A stretch of 64,000 bases of DNA from Octopus vulgaris (Eukaryota), in contig OX597815.1 in assembly GCA_951406725.2 (NCBI GenBank), forward strand, positions 155,620,001 through 155,684,000, written 5' to 3'. Both the position numbers and the translations under genes were made by a program. Positions within the stretch are counted from its first letter, which is position 1, and every line of letters begins with the position of its first letter. This document shows positions 1 to 14,010 of this stretch, piece after piece. Below the pieces are notes generated by a model, which saw nothing but the letters and a program-made list of their open reading frames with translations, was not told where the DNA came from and ran no database searches.

Positions 1-80
1 TATTTTAAGCATCCTAGTGATAACTCTTGACGAACAAGGGCTTTCCCTGTCTTATTATTTTTAATTGACTTATTTATCAT

Positions 81-464
81 GGATGGAGGCACTCTGTCGG
101 TTACGACGATAAGGGTTCTGGTTGATCCGATCAGCGGAACAGCCAGCTCGTGAAATTAACGTGTAAGTGGCTGAGCACTCCACAGACACGTGTACTCTTA
201 ACGTAGTTCTTGGGGATATTCAGCATGACACAGAGAGTGACAAGGCTGGCCCTTTGAAATACAGGTACAACAGAAACAGGAAGTAAGAGTGAGAGAAAGT
301 TGTGGTGAAAGAGTACAGCAGGGATCACCACCATCCCTGCCAGAGCCTTGTGGAGCTTTAGGTGTTTTTGCTCAATAAACACTCACAACACCCGGTCTGG
401 GAATCGAAACCGCGATCCTACGACTGCGAGTCCGCTGCCCTTTGCACTGGGCCATTGCACTTCC
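81..464 (-). mobile_element. tRNA-derived SINE with target-site duplication
   Basis: tRNA-like head (tggcccagtg..ggtttcgattccc) on the minus strand. Flanked by acttatttatcat / acttatctatcat. Confidence 0.85.
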
Positions 465-656
465 ACTTATCTATCATACTGCTGTCAACTAGGATAGCTG
501 GTCACTCTGTTAAGCTCATATAAAAGAAACTGCCTTTCTCCCATTCATTCTTCACATTTAATAGACTGTATTAGTAGCCCTTCCATAACACTTTCTTTTC
601 AGAATCCCTAAATGTAAGCATGTTTGTGTACGTCTATCTATCTGCTTGTCTATGTA

Positions 657-713
<57 letters not shown>

Positions 714-886
714 CAAAACAAGAAATTGGAAAAAGTTTTTGGTATTATCTATTCACTATTATATTTGTTCCATTTGCTAGTAGAAATTATTTCTCTCCTT
801 TCTGTACAACTAAGTCTGCTCTTTATTCTATCTCCCAACTATCTACATGACCATTTCATTTAGATTTGAATTTTGGATTATTTGAA

Positions 887-1110
887 AGGTGGCAGAAACG
901 TTAGCACACTGGGCGAAATGCTTAGCGGTATTTCGTCTGCCGTTACGTTCTTAGTTCAAATTCCGCTGAGGTCAACTTTGCCTTTCATCCATTCAAGGTT
1001 GATAAATTAAGTACCAGTTATGCACTGGGGTTGATATAATTGACTTAATCCATTTGTCTGCCCTTGTTTGTCTCCTCTGTGTTTAGCCCCTTGTGGGTAG
1101 TAAAGAAATA
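887..1110 (+). mobile_element. tRNA-derived SINE with Nin-like core
   Basis: gttcaaattcc B-box and gtcRactttgcctttcatcc..gataaattaagtacc core. Perfect 12-bp TSD ggattatttgaa. Confidence 0.88.
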
Positions 1111-1374
1111 GGATTATTTGAATGTTTCTGCCAGAAAAATTTCTAACAGGAAATTTCTTACATATTTAACCTACATGTACAATTTTGCAATTCCTGTTAG
1201 TAAAAGGAAACATGTGTAACGATAAATCAATAATTCTTCCAGCCCCCTGTTTTGATATGTAATTACTCCATGAACAATATTTCCGGAATTTACCACTCTA
1301 ATATGTACTGCACATATATATAAGTACATATAGAATTGAAAGACTGGAATAAGCAGAGGTGCTTCAAGAGTATT

Positions 1375-1793
1375 CATCATCATCATCATCATCATTATCG
1401 TTTAACGTCTGCTTTCCATGCTAGCATGGGTTGGACAATCTTCACTGAGGGCTGGTGAACTAGATGGCTGCACCAGGCTCCAATCTTGATCTGGAAGAGT
1501 TTCTACAGCTGGATACCTTTCCTAACACCAACCACTCTGAGAATGTAGTGGGTGCTTTTTATGTGCCACTGGCATGGGGGCCAGTCAGGCGGTACTGGCA
1601 ACGACCTCGCTCGAATCCTTTTACACATGCCACCAGCACAGGTGCCAGTAAGGCGACTTTGTGAACGATCACGCTTGAATGGTGCCCTTTTACGTGTCAC
1701 TGGCACGGAAGCCAGTTGGCTGCTCTGGCAACGATCATGCTCAGATGGTGCTCTTGGCACCCTACTAGCACGGGCACAAGTGCCAGTAAGGCA
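1375..1793 (-). mobile_element. RTE LINE 3'-UTR fragment
   Basis: Same 3' UTR and (GAT)n tail as 24646-25494. Confidence 0.8.
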
Positions 1794-1842
1794 TCTTGGA
1801 TTTTAACCATACCTATATAATACGTATATATGTAATTACAAA

Positions 1843-1876
<34 letters not shown>

Positions 1877-3903
1877 TGTGTGTGTGTGTGTGCATGTGTG
1901 TGTGTGTGTTTGTATCTATTGTATATAAGTATGGACAGGAAGGGGTAAACATTGATGAATGTTTGATGGTGATGGTTGGAAAACCTCTCGACTTGTCTCC
2001 TTTAACTGAGAGTATATCTGCTATAGTTTTGATTACTTTTTAATTGCAACTCAGGGCAACACTATGTCTATTGATTTCTAGATTATTCTTCATCATTGTT
2101 AAAACATTAACTTATTTAGATAATTGAATTCAGATTGTATATTTATATGATCTCTCTGTTTCTTATTTGCCTGTTTTAAGCCATCTCAGAATGCAAAGAG
2201 CCAGAACAAATACCATTAAATATCAAGTCCAATATTATACAATTCTGCCAGTCCACTAACCTGGATTGCTTTTTTTTTTATTGACTCTGTAAGAATGAAA
2301 GGAGAAGTTGACCTCAGCAGGATTTGAACTCAGAACACTGCTAGTCAGAACACATAACATGAAGCATTCAATTTGATGCATTAATGACACTGATAATTTA
2401 CCACCTAGCTTTGTATTGCTACAGCTCTGATTTATAATTAAATGATCCAAGCCCATCACAACAGGTCTAATGTAACTATAACAACAGTATCTGACCAACC
2501 TTTTACTCTGTGTGAGTGTGTTTGTGCATATGTGAAAGATATTAAGATGTTTTTATGCAGATTTGGCACGTGAAATTACCATATAGAAGTACCCTAGTTA
2601 GATTATTTCTGTCTGGGAAATTTAAGCAAAATCAAAAAAAAAAAGTTTCATGTAATATCATGATATTTGTTGTCTTTATTTTATTATTTTTTTTGGTGTA
2701 ATTATATCGTCAATTACATCACAGCTTCTAATTATCTTTATGGGAAAATCTCAATTAATTGGATGCAAGGTTACTAAATTGCAAGAAGATGGCGATGTAC
2801 TTAGTGAAGCACACACACACACAGAAAACATTTTAAATAAATTTGAAATATACCCTTTAGCTGGTGGAAGAAAAGTGGAGATAATTTCAAGAAAACAAAA
2901 ATTCCATGCTTCCCTGGGAGTTGCTACTAGGTTTTTGGTTTCTTCCTCTAGCTGAGAGGAACCTTGCAATTCATTAAGAATATTCTGTATAGGTCATTAA
3001 GTACATTACCACTTTGTAGAATTACTTTCATTCATGCGTTAGACCACTGGAAGATTTTATACCTCTTTAGCTCTTTGTTTTTTTCTTTCTTGCACTTATA
3101 CGATGTATAGGTGCAGGTATAGCTGTGCAATTAAAATGTATACTTCGTAAAAACGATGTTCCACTTTGAGTCTCACTACAAAGAACCTTGAGCAAAAAGT
3201 GTTTGCTACATTAAATCTAGGCAAGCTAATGCTTTGTGAGTGAATTTGGCAGATGGAAACTGTGAGGAATTCCATCATATTTATATATATAACACAGGTA
3301 TCACTGTGTGGTTAAGAAGTCCATTTCCTCTCATGGTTTCAGATTACCTGGGTATATATCTTCTACTATTGCCCCAAATCAACAAAGGCCATGTAAGTGG
3401 ATTTGGTAAATGGAAACTGAAAGAAACCTGTTGTATGTATGTGTATATACCGCCATTATCATTGTACACCCATGTTCCATGCTGATATGGGTTAGACAGT
3501 TTGACAGGGATCCAATGTGCCAAGGACTGCATTGTACTCCAGTGTCTGCTTTGGCATGGTTTCTGCAGTTGGATGCCCTTCCTAATGTCAATCAATTTAT
3601 AATGTGCACTGGATGCTCTTCTTCATTCCACTGGCACTGGTGAGGTCACCATGCATCTTGCCAGTGTACAAAACCCAAGGAGAGTTTTGCATCCTTATAT
3701 TAGGTGGGGCTTAAGGCAAGAAAGAAGAGGTTGGGTGGGATAAAGCAGGTTCTTGTGGAAGAGCTACATGGCTATTCACATTTAGGAGAGAACGAGAGAA
3801 TGAATTGATGGTATCTCCAAGGAGATAAATAGGGGTGATGAGGGATCCAGGTGACACCTCAAGATATGGAATGTGTAGTAGTGGGATATATATATGTATA
3901 TAA

Positions 3904-3935
<32 letters not shown>

Positions 3936-3942
3936 TGTGTGG

Positions 3943-4002
<60 letters not shown>

Positions 4003-7000
4003 CTTTTTTAGACATTTTATGATAAATATGAGTATCACATCATACATATGATGTATTTAATTTCTAGTCTTCTGTGAAAACATGTCCAGCCATGAGAAAA
4101 TATTATTTCCTTGGAAACAGGTTATGATTGGCATTAGGAAGGACAGCTGACTTTACAAAAACTGCCTTTATGAATACCCTCTGCCCAGTGCAAGCATAGG
4201 AAGATGAACATTAAAATGATGGTAATTTGTGTTGTTTTGTTTATGTCCCTGTGTTTCAGTGGTTACACAAAAAAGGGACCAGTAGAATAAGTATAACACT
4301 TAATAAGTACTGGGGTTGACTGGATCAATGCAACCTTTCAAGGTGATGTCCTGGCATGGCATAAGAAAAACAAGAAACAAATACATCACTAATCAGTGTT
4401 TTATATTTCGGAGTAAAGAAACATCGAAATTGTGGCTCAGCAGTTTCATTCCATAACACCTGTCTAAACATTACCCCACCATTCCTCCACCATATCACCA
4501 CCACTACCATCATCCTTATTGGGGGATAGCATATTCTATATCTTTTGTGTCTCATTCATATTTGAGGTCACTAAAATTAGTGTTGCATTGTAATGCATGC
4601 AGATTATATTTATCTAATTTCTCTCTATCTGTTGTATATTTCCTGATTTCACTGTCCTCCAACAAATGATGCAGTTATTGCATATACATCATAGCGGCAA
4701 CCTTTATTTCAATTCAAACACAAAATGTCACTGATGCCAACAGAGACAGCTATTTGCTAAAATATTTCCATCGATTTTTTTTTCCCCCTTGAGACATCAT
4801 GGTATCATTAACTCAAGCCCATCATACACGAACAGATTGTTATTCTTATTATATTCATATCTTTGTTGCTGTTATTATCACTTGGCATAGGAAGTTGAGC
4901 TAATAATTCTGCAAATTCAATTGTTGTGTTTAGTTTCAGGCTTTTCAGTTCTAATTTCAAATTTAGCATCCTTTAGCTTTGCATCAAGTAGAAGAGACAA
5001 TGTTGATTATAATAGGGTTTGAATATAAAACAGGGAGGAATAATAGATAAAATACTGGAAGGTATTTTGTCAGAGTTCTACTGTCAAAACTCCTCTTTAA
5101 AATATTTCTTACAAAGCACAATATTTCTGAGTTATAAGAGAGAGGAAAATGTGGTTTTGTAGAGTTTTGTACAGGAAGAGATTTTTGTAAAGGGAGAGAT
5201 TTTGTAAAGAGAGAGAATATGTGATTTTATAAAGTTTTAGTTGCAGATTAAACAGATAGGTAGTTGTGGAAATGAACATCAGGTTATAAACTGCATCATC
5301 ATCATTGTGATGTCCACTTTTTGAAGCCTGAATGGGTCAGATGAAATTCATTGAGCCAGATATTTTGTAGCAACCAATCCTCATCTGCTTCCAAGTAAAA
5401 CAATTCCTACCCTAGTTCCTTGAACATGAACAGGTATAGTGGCCAGACATGTTTTCATTGGAGATTGCAAATGAACAACACTGCTTGTATTTTGGTAACA
5501 TTTGTTTGCAATTAGGACACAACTTCAAGACAAGGAAACACAAATATATATATGTGTGCATATGTATATACATGCATGCACAAGCATGCACACACACACG
5601 CACGCAAACACACACACTCACACACACACATTTTGTTTCAGCTTCTGCTGACCATATCCATTCACAAAGCATTGGTTGGTCAAGGGCTATGGTAAAGGAG
5701 ACATGCACAAGGTTCCATGCACTAGACTGAACTTAAAACCATGTAATTGTGAAGCAAATTTCTTAACCACATGGCCATGCCAATACCTCAGTCTATACAT
5801 TTAACTGGTGGCATATTATGTTGACAAAAACTGCAGGATGTCTGAAACAACATTTTAGGGAAATCCTTTAACAGGCACTCCATCAGTTATAGCAATTGGG
5901 GTTATTGTTAATCTGATCAATGGAACAATCTGTTCATAAGATTAACATGCAAGTGGCTGAGCACTCCGCAAATATGCATGCCCTTTACATAGTTCTCAAG
6001 GAGATTCAGCATGACACAGAGTTTGACAAGGCTGGTCCTTTGAAATACAGGTACTACTCGTTTTTGCAAGCTGAGTGAACTGAAGCAACATGAAACAAAG
6101 TGTCTTGCTCAAGGATGCATTGTGCCACTGGGAATCGAACTCATGGTCTTGAGATTGTGAGCCAAATACTGTAACCACTCAGTCATGTGCCTTCACTAGG
6201 GGAAATCATTTAGGATTGGATAAAATTACAATAGGAGTAGAAAAAGAAAAGAATAAAAGTTATGTGGATTGTTACAAAGACAAATATTTTCTAACACTAA
6301 CAGAAAAGAGCATATTACATGAGACATTGAAATACCATCTATATCATACTACATTGCCATCTACCACGTATTTGGTTCCAAAGGCATAAAAAGGATCAAT
6401 TATTGTATAGATGACTAAAATACTATCAGAGCTAACTAAAAGAACTATTTTAATATTGCCTTTAAACGGAGAGGCCAGCAGTTTATTGGAGAATCAGATA
6501 TGCCTGAAGCAGAACTTTCAACGATTTTTGTGATTATTTTACAATAATGGAAAATTATATTTAGAGGAAAATTCAGTGAAAATATAAAGAAAACTTGATA
6601 TTAAAATCAGATTTCAAACTTTGAAATTTCTCTAAAGATGTAAAATGGCTCATGAGAACCAGTGGAATGAAGCAAATTAGAGAGGTTACACTCAGCAGAG
6701 AAATAAATGCCAGTTCATAACCAAATATCAGTTGATATGCCAATGTATATGGTACCTGTTTCCAACCACATGAATAAACTGAAGTTTAACTAGGTAGACC
6801 AAATACAACAAGAAATTCTATGATCTGATGGCTCTGTATCATAAATACTCACTCATTCTACTTCTACTTCTAATAGGTATGGTAGATCCAATCGTGTAAA
6901 ATTAAAATTATTGGAAAATAAGTATCTCTAATTTATTTCTTCATCAGTAAAGGAGCTAAGCTGAAGCATTGAGTAACAAGCAATGCATGACTCCTTTCAG

Positions 7001-7812
7001 GTAGAATGCAGAGGGTTCTGTAGAGCATACAACATGCCAGGCATCAACAGGTACCAAGTTGGCAGAAGACCATCAAGTTGGCTATGGACACAGCAGAGGT
7101 TGCCATCTCAAGGTGGCAATGCATCAGTGGGTATGAGTCCTAGAAGAGGCAGTGGCACCAAGACTAATGCTTACTAGACACAAACTGGAACTTGATCATA
7201 CCTGGCAGATCACCTGAGTAAGTCTGTCTAATTATTGAAAGACACAAAACACTTAATGAGCCCTGGAAATATAATTGATGATGTGTCCAGTTGCATCATA
7301 GGATAACATATGGAAAAAATTAGCTCTGTCAGGATTTTAATATCTTTGCCAAATATAGATCATATGAAGAGATAATTGATATTTGTTAATAAATAACTGC
7401 AATTTAATACTCAAACATACATTTCATAAAACAACACATATCAAATCATACCAAAGAAAGACAATTCAGTTAAGAAAATAAACAATATATTCTTTTAATT
7501 GAAATGAATATATGATAATAAGAAACTTCACAAGGAAATGACAAAACAATAATGTAACAGCTATTATGATGCCAAATTCTTATCTGGAAATCCTAAATTT
7601 AATGTTGTCCTACAGGAACAATAACTGAAAGCCAAACAAGTGAGAGGGAGAATAACATGCAAACAAAAGTCTGAAGGGAAATTAAGAATAAAATATACAA
7701 AGTTAGGAGAACCAAGCAGGCAAAAGGTAAGACACAACTTTAATACATCGGTACAATATCGATAAGAATCAAATCAGAAGGAAAAAATCAAAAATCACAC
7801 AAATTTAATTAC

Positions 7813-7839
7813 CAAATTGTTTCCGATAGAGCTGGCAGC
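7813..7839 (-). CDS. Candidate 27-nt microexon
   Basis: attctttccttcttctgtcag|GCTGCCAGCTCTATCGGAAACAATTTG|gtaatt. Frame-preserving and open in all three phases. Confidence 0.35.
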
Positions 7840-8346
7840 CTGACAGAAGAAGGAAAGAATTTGAAAGAAAATATAACAATATGAAATTGTATATTTCTCG
7901 TGGCAAATATTTAAAGACAGAAGACAAAAAAAAAACAGGAAATAATAATGTGCTAGATATTTACTGAAATAAACTCATTAAATAACAAATTATTTGCAAA
8001 ATGCTACCATAATTATATCTTTATTAGGATTTAATCAATGTCTGATTCCTCAAGCTAGGAAAGGCAATCTATTGTTGTTCTGTTCTACTACTCTCTTTAC
8101 CATATATTTGGCTCTGTTCTATGCCATATCTGTGAACTGCTCATTGACTTCATTAGGGTTTCCTTTCTCATTTGTTCTGTTTTGTAATTAATATCAATTT
8201 ATTGTATCATTAAAATTTCTTTACACTAATTGTTGCTTTTCACTGCTATTATCATGATGATCCCATAACGTGATACAGAACCTGCAGGTAAATAAGTAGA
8301 GGGACTTGGGTGGATTGGGTTGGGTTCATTTAAGAAGAAAAATTAA

Positions 8347-8660
8347 TTCTGTTGTGTTTGGGGAGAGTCATTTTCTTTTTGTGCCTTATAATTTAACACA
8401 CTCACTGGTAAAATTTCCATTTATATTTTATTTTTATTTTCCTAAAATTTTCGTTGTGTCTTCAACATTTTCAATAGTCTTACAACCTTTCCAATAATCT
8501 TGCAGTAGTCAAGATGCAACCTTTCCAATAATCTTTCAGTAGTCAAGATGCAACAAAAATTTTAGGAAAATAAAAATAAGAAATAAGTGGAAATTTTACC
8601 GGTGAGTGTGTTAAATTATAAGGTACAAAAAGAAAATGACTCTCCCCAGACACAACAAAA
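8347..8660. repeat. Fold-back element (arms about 110 bp) with internal tandem duplication
   Basis: gttgtgtttggggagagtcattttc...cctaaaattttcgttg versus caacaaaaattttagg...gaaaatgactctccccagacacaac. Confidence 0.9.
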
Positions 8661-9022
8661 TAAGCTTCAACACACGAACTCACAAAGAATCTTGTAAACC
8701 AAATCCAAAAACGAAAAATTAATTGTTTTCTTGAACTAGTTCAAGATGTTGATACATCACAATGTTTGAGATTTATTAATGTGATAACTTTTCAGCATCA
8801 TGTTTAGAGATGAAACACTTTTTAATTTTTACACCTACAAATTCTACCAAGATTGACTTACTTTTTCATCTTTTTGGACTGATAAAATAAGTATCAGCTG
8901 AGTACTGGGGTCTATGTAATCGACTTAGCCCCACCCTGAAATTGCTTATGTGTACATGTGTGTGTGTGTGTGTGTGTGTGTGAGCACGTGTGTGTGAGTG
9001 TGCATGTGTGCACATGCATGTG

Positions 9023-9053
<31 letters not shown>

Positions 9054-10235
9054 GTGTTTGTTCATATGAGTGTGTGCTGTGCATCACACATTTGCATGAA
9101 TGGTGTTTACATTCCCTGTTGATATCACATCTGGCCACTCTGCACTTTCAAAGACTAATAAAATAAAGAAATCCTTTACTTGAAAATGGGTAAAGATTGA
9201 TTACAAGAAGGCCAACTAGCCTAAGAAGCCACTTTAAAATATATGTCTCTGTCCAACCCACGCTAGCATGGAAAAGTAGACAAAAACATATTAAAATGTG
9301 TAACATATATGTATATGAGTTTTGGTGTGTGTGTGTGATAGTTGAGATGACTGACGCAGATTGAAACATCTCCAAAAACTGGATAAGACAGAAATAATAT
9401 TAATAATAAAGATGAAGGAAGCCAGAAATGAAGCAGAAGTTGATTGTAGATTATCTATGGAAACAAAGCTTATCAATAGAAGAGGCAATATTCTTTGGCA
9501 CATTGATAACTGATCAGATTCTCATTCAATCAATGTTCTAGACACAATCAACTTCATTAGATCTATACATCATCCCAGACTGGTTTCAGATTAGGATACT
9601 TGGTTTTTAAACTGAGTAAAATTTTAATGTGAGATTTTTATTATCCTTTCTTTATTTCAGATAGAATTCATTGATTCTTTCGTATATATTTGCATAAATT
9701 ATTGATCATGTTATCCTACTCTTGTTGAACTTGCATTGTAGACATTTCTATAACTCATTCGACAAGATTTTAAAGTAAAAATGTTTCTTTCTTTTGACTT
9801 GCAGATTAAAGCTCTAAAATAGAGAGTCTTACTTAAGGACATGCACTAGGATAAGGTAGAAATACAAGTAAATCATTTTAGTAGCTCATCCTTATTGCAT
9901 CAATAACAAAAAGAAAAAGGAATGTATTTGAGTGTTTGATCCCATTTGTGTGGTCCTATGTTGTCTGAAAGAAATATTAAGGAATTTTAAGTTGAAAATA
10001 AAAATATTGCTAAGCAAGTCACATGACAATACTCCCTCAATCGAGTGGAGATTTTTATATGTTATGCCTTATTATGTGTTATGCATTTATACATTTGTAT
10101 GTTATGCCCTTATTCATGTTAGAAATAAGGAGCTCAAGTGTATAGATGTATTGTATTACATTGTTATGGCTTATGACTATATTGTATTGAAAGGACTAGT
10201 TCTTGTCTGATCACCCAAAATTAATCATCATTGAA

Positions 10236-10731
10236 ATCGAAATTGAACCAAATTCGATGACTGGCACCCATGCCAGTGGAGCGCTAACAGCTCCATGCGA
10301 GCGGGATCACAGCCAGAGCAGCTGTCTGGCTTCCGTGCTGGTGGGCACGTAAAAAGCACCATTTGAGTGTGATTGTTACCAGTGTCACCTTACTGGCACT
10401 TGTGCTGGTGGCACATGAGCAAAACATTCAAGTGAGGTCATTGCCAATGCCACTGGACTGACTCCTGTGCAGGTGGCACATAAAAAACACTGTTTCGAGT
10501 GTGGCCATTGCCAGTACCGCCAGACTAGTCTTCGTGCTGGTGGCACGTAAAATCACCCACTACACTCTCAGAGTGGTTGGCATTAGGAAGGGCATCCGGC
10601 TGTAGAAACTCTGTTAGATCAGATTGGAGCCTGGTGCAGCTATCTGGTTTGCCAGTTCTCAGTCAAATTGTCCAACCCATGCTAGCATGGAAAGTGGACA
10701 TTAAACGATGATGATGATGATGATGATGATG
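10236..10731 (+). mobile_element. RTE LINE 3'-UTR fragment
   Basis: Repeated gtgcYggtggcacRtaaaaagcacc units, ggaagggcatcc, (GAT)n tail. Confidence 0.8.
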
Positions 10732-13269
10732 AATAATTGAGCATCATTAGCATTTACAAGGGTGACTACCTAGGAAACCTAGATGCTGTAGGCATCACCA
10801 TTTGAGGCACAGGCATTAAGAAGTTCAGTTCTCAAATACATGGTTTGGGCTTCTGTTTCACTGTGTAATACCTTGAGCAAGTGTCTTCTTTTATAGCCCT
10901 GGGCTGACTAAAACCTTCTGAGTGGATTTGGTTGATGGAAACTGAAAAAGTATTAGTATATATTAGTATATATCATTGACATCCTCCTTCCATGTTGGCT
11001 TGGGTTAGATGGTTTATTAGGATCAATGAGAATGACATCAAGCTCCATTCTTTTGTTTCGGCATGGTTTCTATGACTAGATTCTTTTCCTAAAGCCAGTT
11101 ACTTTAGAGAGTGTTCTAAGTAACTTGTTTTCTGATACCAGCACTAATGAGGTCACTAAATAACTCACATGACAAGCTCCTTCAAATAGACAGGTATTGT
11201 TTTAGTGTCCTGCCAGAGTACCCCACTACCCTTCATCCACTAGAAAGAGATCTAATAGTGGTGTTTCCAATAAAGTCACTGACATTTTCATCATGCAATT
11301 GGTAGTACTGATATATCTGATTACCAGCAGTAGACCATTTTTTCCTAATCAAACCTGATTAGTATATTTATATACTAAATACTTAGACACAGTTATGACT
11401 GTGTGATTGGGAAGTTCACTTCCCAACCACATGGTCTTTTTTGTTCTGTCTAAATGTGCATCACCGTGAGAAAGTAGCTTCTGCTATAGCTCCTGGCCAA
11501 CCAGTACCTTGTGAAGGATTTGGATAGATGAAAACTGTGTGGAAGCTTATTGTGGGCCTTTGTGTTTGTCCCCGTACCACTTGACAGTTGGTGCTGGTTT
11601 GTTTACATTCCTGTAACTTAGTGGTTCAACAAAAGAGACCAGTATCACAAGTACCAGATTTACAATGAAAATAATTTCTGAACTTGCTTTGATTGACTAA
11701 GTCCTTCAGGATTAGTGAAACAAGTCAAAGACAAAAGAAATGTATATTCTCTTCATTCTATCAAAGAAGGCACAAACACTTTCACACTTGTATGCACACA
11801 ATAGAACTTCTGCCTACCAGATTGACCCACAAGGCTTTGGTCAGTCCGAGGCTGTATTAGAGGATGCTGCACAGTGAGACTGAATCCAAGGGTGTTCTGA
11901 ACACATGTCCCTATACAATTTCAATGCATTATCATTCCGATATAAAGCACATTATGGAAAGATGAGTGTTAAGATTTGAAGTTGAACTTTCATGGACTTA
12001 AGCAAATTTGTATCTATGTGTAACCAGCAACTTCTGAAGTATAGGTGGCCCTTCTGAGTTACTTGGGGATTTCAGATTGTGTCAGTAGGGTCTAATCATT
12101 TGTGACATTGCACACACTCAAAATACAGTGTAATCAATGCTGAGAGAGCGAAAGAGAGAAGTATCGATCCCATTAAGTTATTAGTACTCTATTAATTGAC
12201 CCTTAAAGGTTGAAAGGCAAAGTAGATTTTGGTAAGATTTGAACTCAGAATGCAGAGGGACAGAACAAATAATGCAAGTAGACATTTTATGTGGCATTTT
12301 AAAAACTCTGCCAATTCATTGCTTTAAGCAAATTTGTACCTGATGGTAATTAACTTTCCACAATCATAATCATCATTAGCAATAAAAACAGTAGCAGTAG
12401 CGATTAGCATTAGTATCTCCACTAAGCTGCAATTATTAACCTACTGACACACTGTCTCTTCTTTCTATCTGTTCTAGTAGTTCCCGATCCACAACCCTCA
12501 CACTATCTCTTTTTCTCTTATCATTACTACTCTCTCACCAATATGCCAAAGACTTTTTACTCAGCCCTTCCTCCCTGTAACTGAAACTTTTAGTCTCCCA
12601 ACCTTCTATTATATGATTTTTCACAGATATCGATTTACTGATGTAGTAAAAGCATTAACTCTTCTTTTATCTTGGATTATGCAATGAAAAATCATGAAAG
12701 AAAAAGCCCTACCAAAACCCTTTGTAATCAACAGCTAGCTTTTATGTAGTTATTCAGCCTTCTTTATAAAATCGTGAAATCTCCTTCAATTAATTTTATG
12801 CTCTCTTTAAAATAAAAGAAGAACCATGTACTTCAGTGCTAATTTTTTTCTACTGCATTTAATTCTAATTTCTGTAGCGTAAGAATATGAGAGATAAATA
12901 TTCCAACTGAGTTAGATAAAATGTTTGAAATGGCTATTTAAAAAAAAATGATAAAATTGGTGTCTATTGTCTTCATCTCTGATTTGCTCAAGGATGCATT
13001 GTGCCACTGGGAATCGAACTCATGGTCTTGAGATTGCGAGCCAAATACTGAGATGTTTTATTCCTGGATGTGTTCACTACAGTAAACAGATATCAAAGTA
13101 AAACATCCTTATTTTAAAATTTACGTTCTTTATCTCTTAAACAAATGATATTCATGTATGCAATATATATCCTGATACTCTACAAAACATTAGAGTATTA
13201 CTCACAAACCTGGAACATCACTGCTGCTCACTTAAACATGGACGTTCCATTTATGCTCACTTCAACATA

Positions 13270-13432
13270 GATGTTCTGTTAGAACATACTATACTGTGGT
13301 AGATATCATGAGAGAAACTCTCATATTAACTTTTGGTGCAAAATGCATTCTTGTTTATATTTGCACCAAAAGCCAGTATGAGAGTTTCTCTCATGATATC
13401 TACCACAGTATAGTTTGTTCTAACAGAACATC
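13270..13432. repeat. Near-perfect inverted repeat (73-bp arms)
   Basis: gatgttctgttagaac...ttttggtgcaaa versus tttgcaccaaaa...gttctaacagaacatc. Four mismatches by eye, loop about 17 nt. Confidence 0.9.
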
Positions 13433-13687
13433 CACTTTTAAGTGGGGATAAATATTACTTCTCAATATTAATATGGCCTCTGTTGTTAATAAATATTGCT
13501 GCTGCTATGCACACAATCGTTTTGGACTGCACCCAAAAAGCATCACTTGATCGACTGGCATAAAGTTACATACCCCTGCCTCTGGCCTACATGTCTGCTG
13601 TTTCCCTTCTCTGCCTTTTCTATAATTTCAGTAATGGCCTCTGTTCTGCTCAATTATTCCTGTGCCCTACACTAATCATCACTACAG

Positions 13688-14010
13688 TGAAGGCACATGG
13701 CTTAGTGGTTAGAGTATTCAGCTCACAATCCTAAGGTTGTGAGTTCAGTTCCCAACAGTGCATTGTGTCCTTGAGAAAGACACTTTATTTCAGATTGCCC
13801 CAGTCCACTCAGCTGACAAAAATTAGTTGTACCTGTATTTCAAAGAGCCAGCCTTGTTACATTCTGTGTCACATTGAATCTCCATGAGAACTACATAAAG
13901 AGTACACATGCCTGAGGAGTGCTCAGCCACTTGCACATTAATTTCATGAGCAGGTTGTTCCATTGTTTGGACCAACTGTAACCCTTGTGAGTGTAACCAG
14001 TGGAGTACCA
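13688..14010 (+). mobile_element. tRNA-derived SINE with Meta-like core
   Basis: tggcttagtggttag..gagttc head and gtgtccttgagaaagacacttt..cagtccactcagctg core. Related copies at 5875-6197 (-), 18874-19188 (-) and 34755-34950 (+). Confidence 0.8.
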
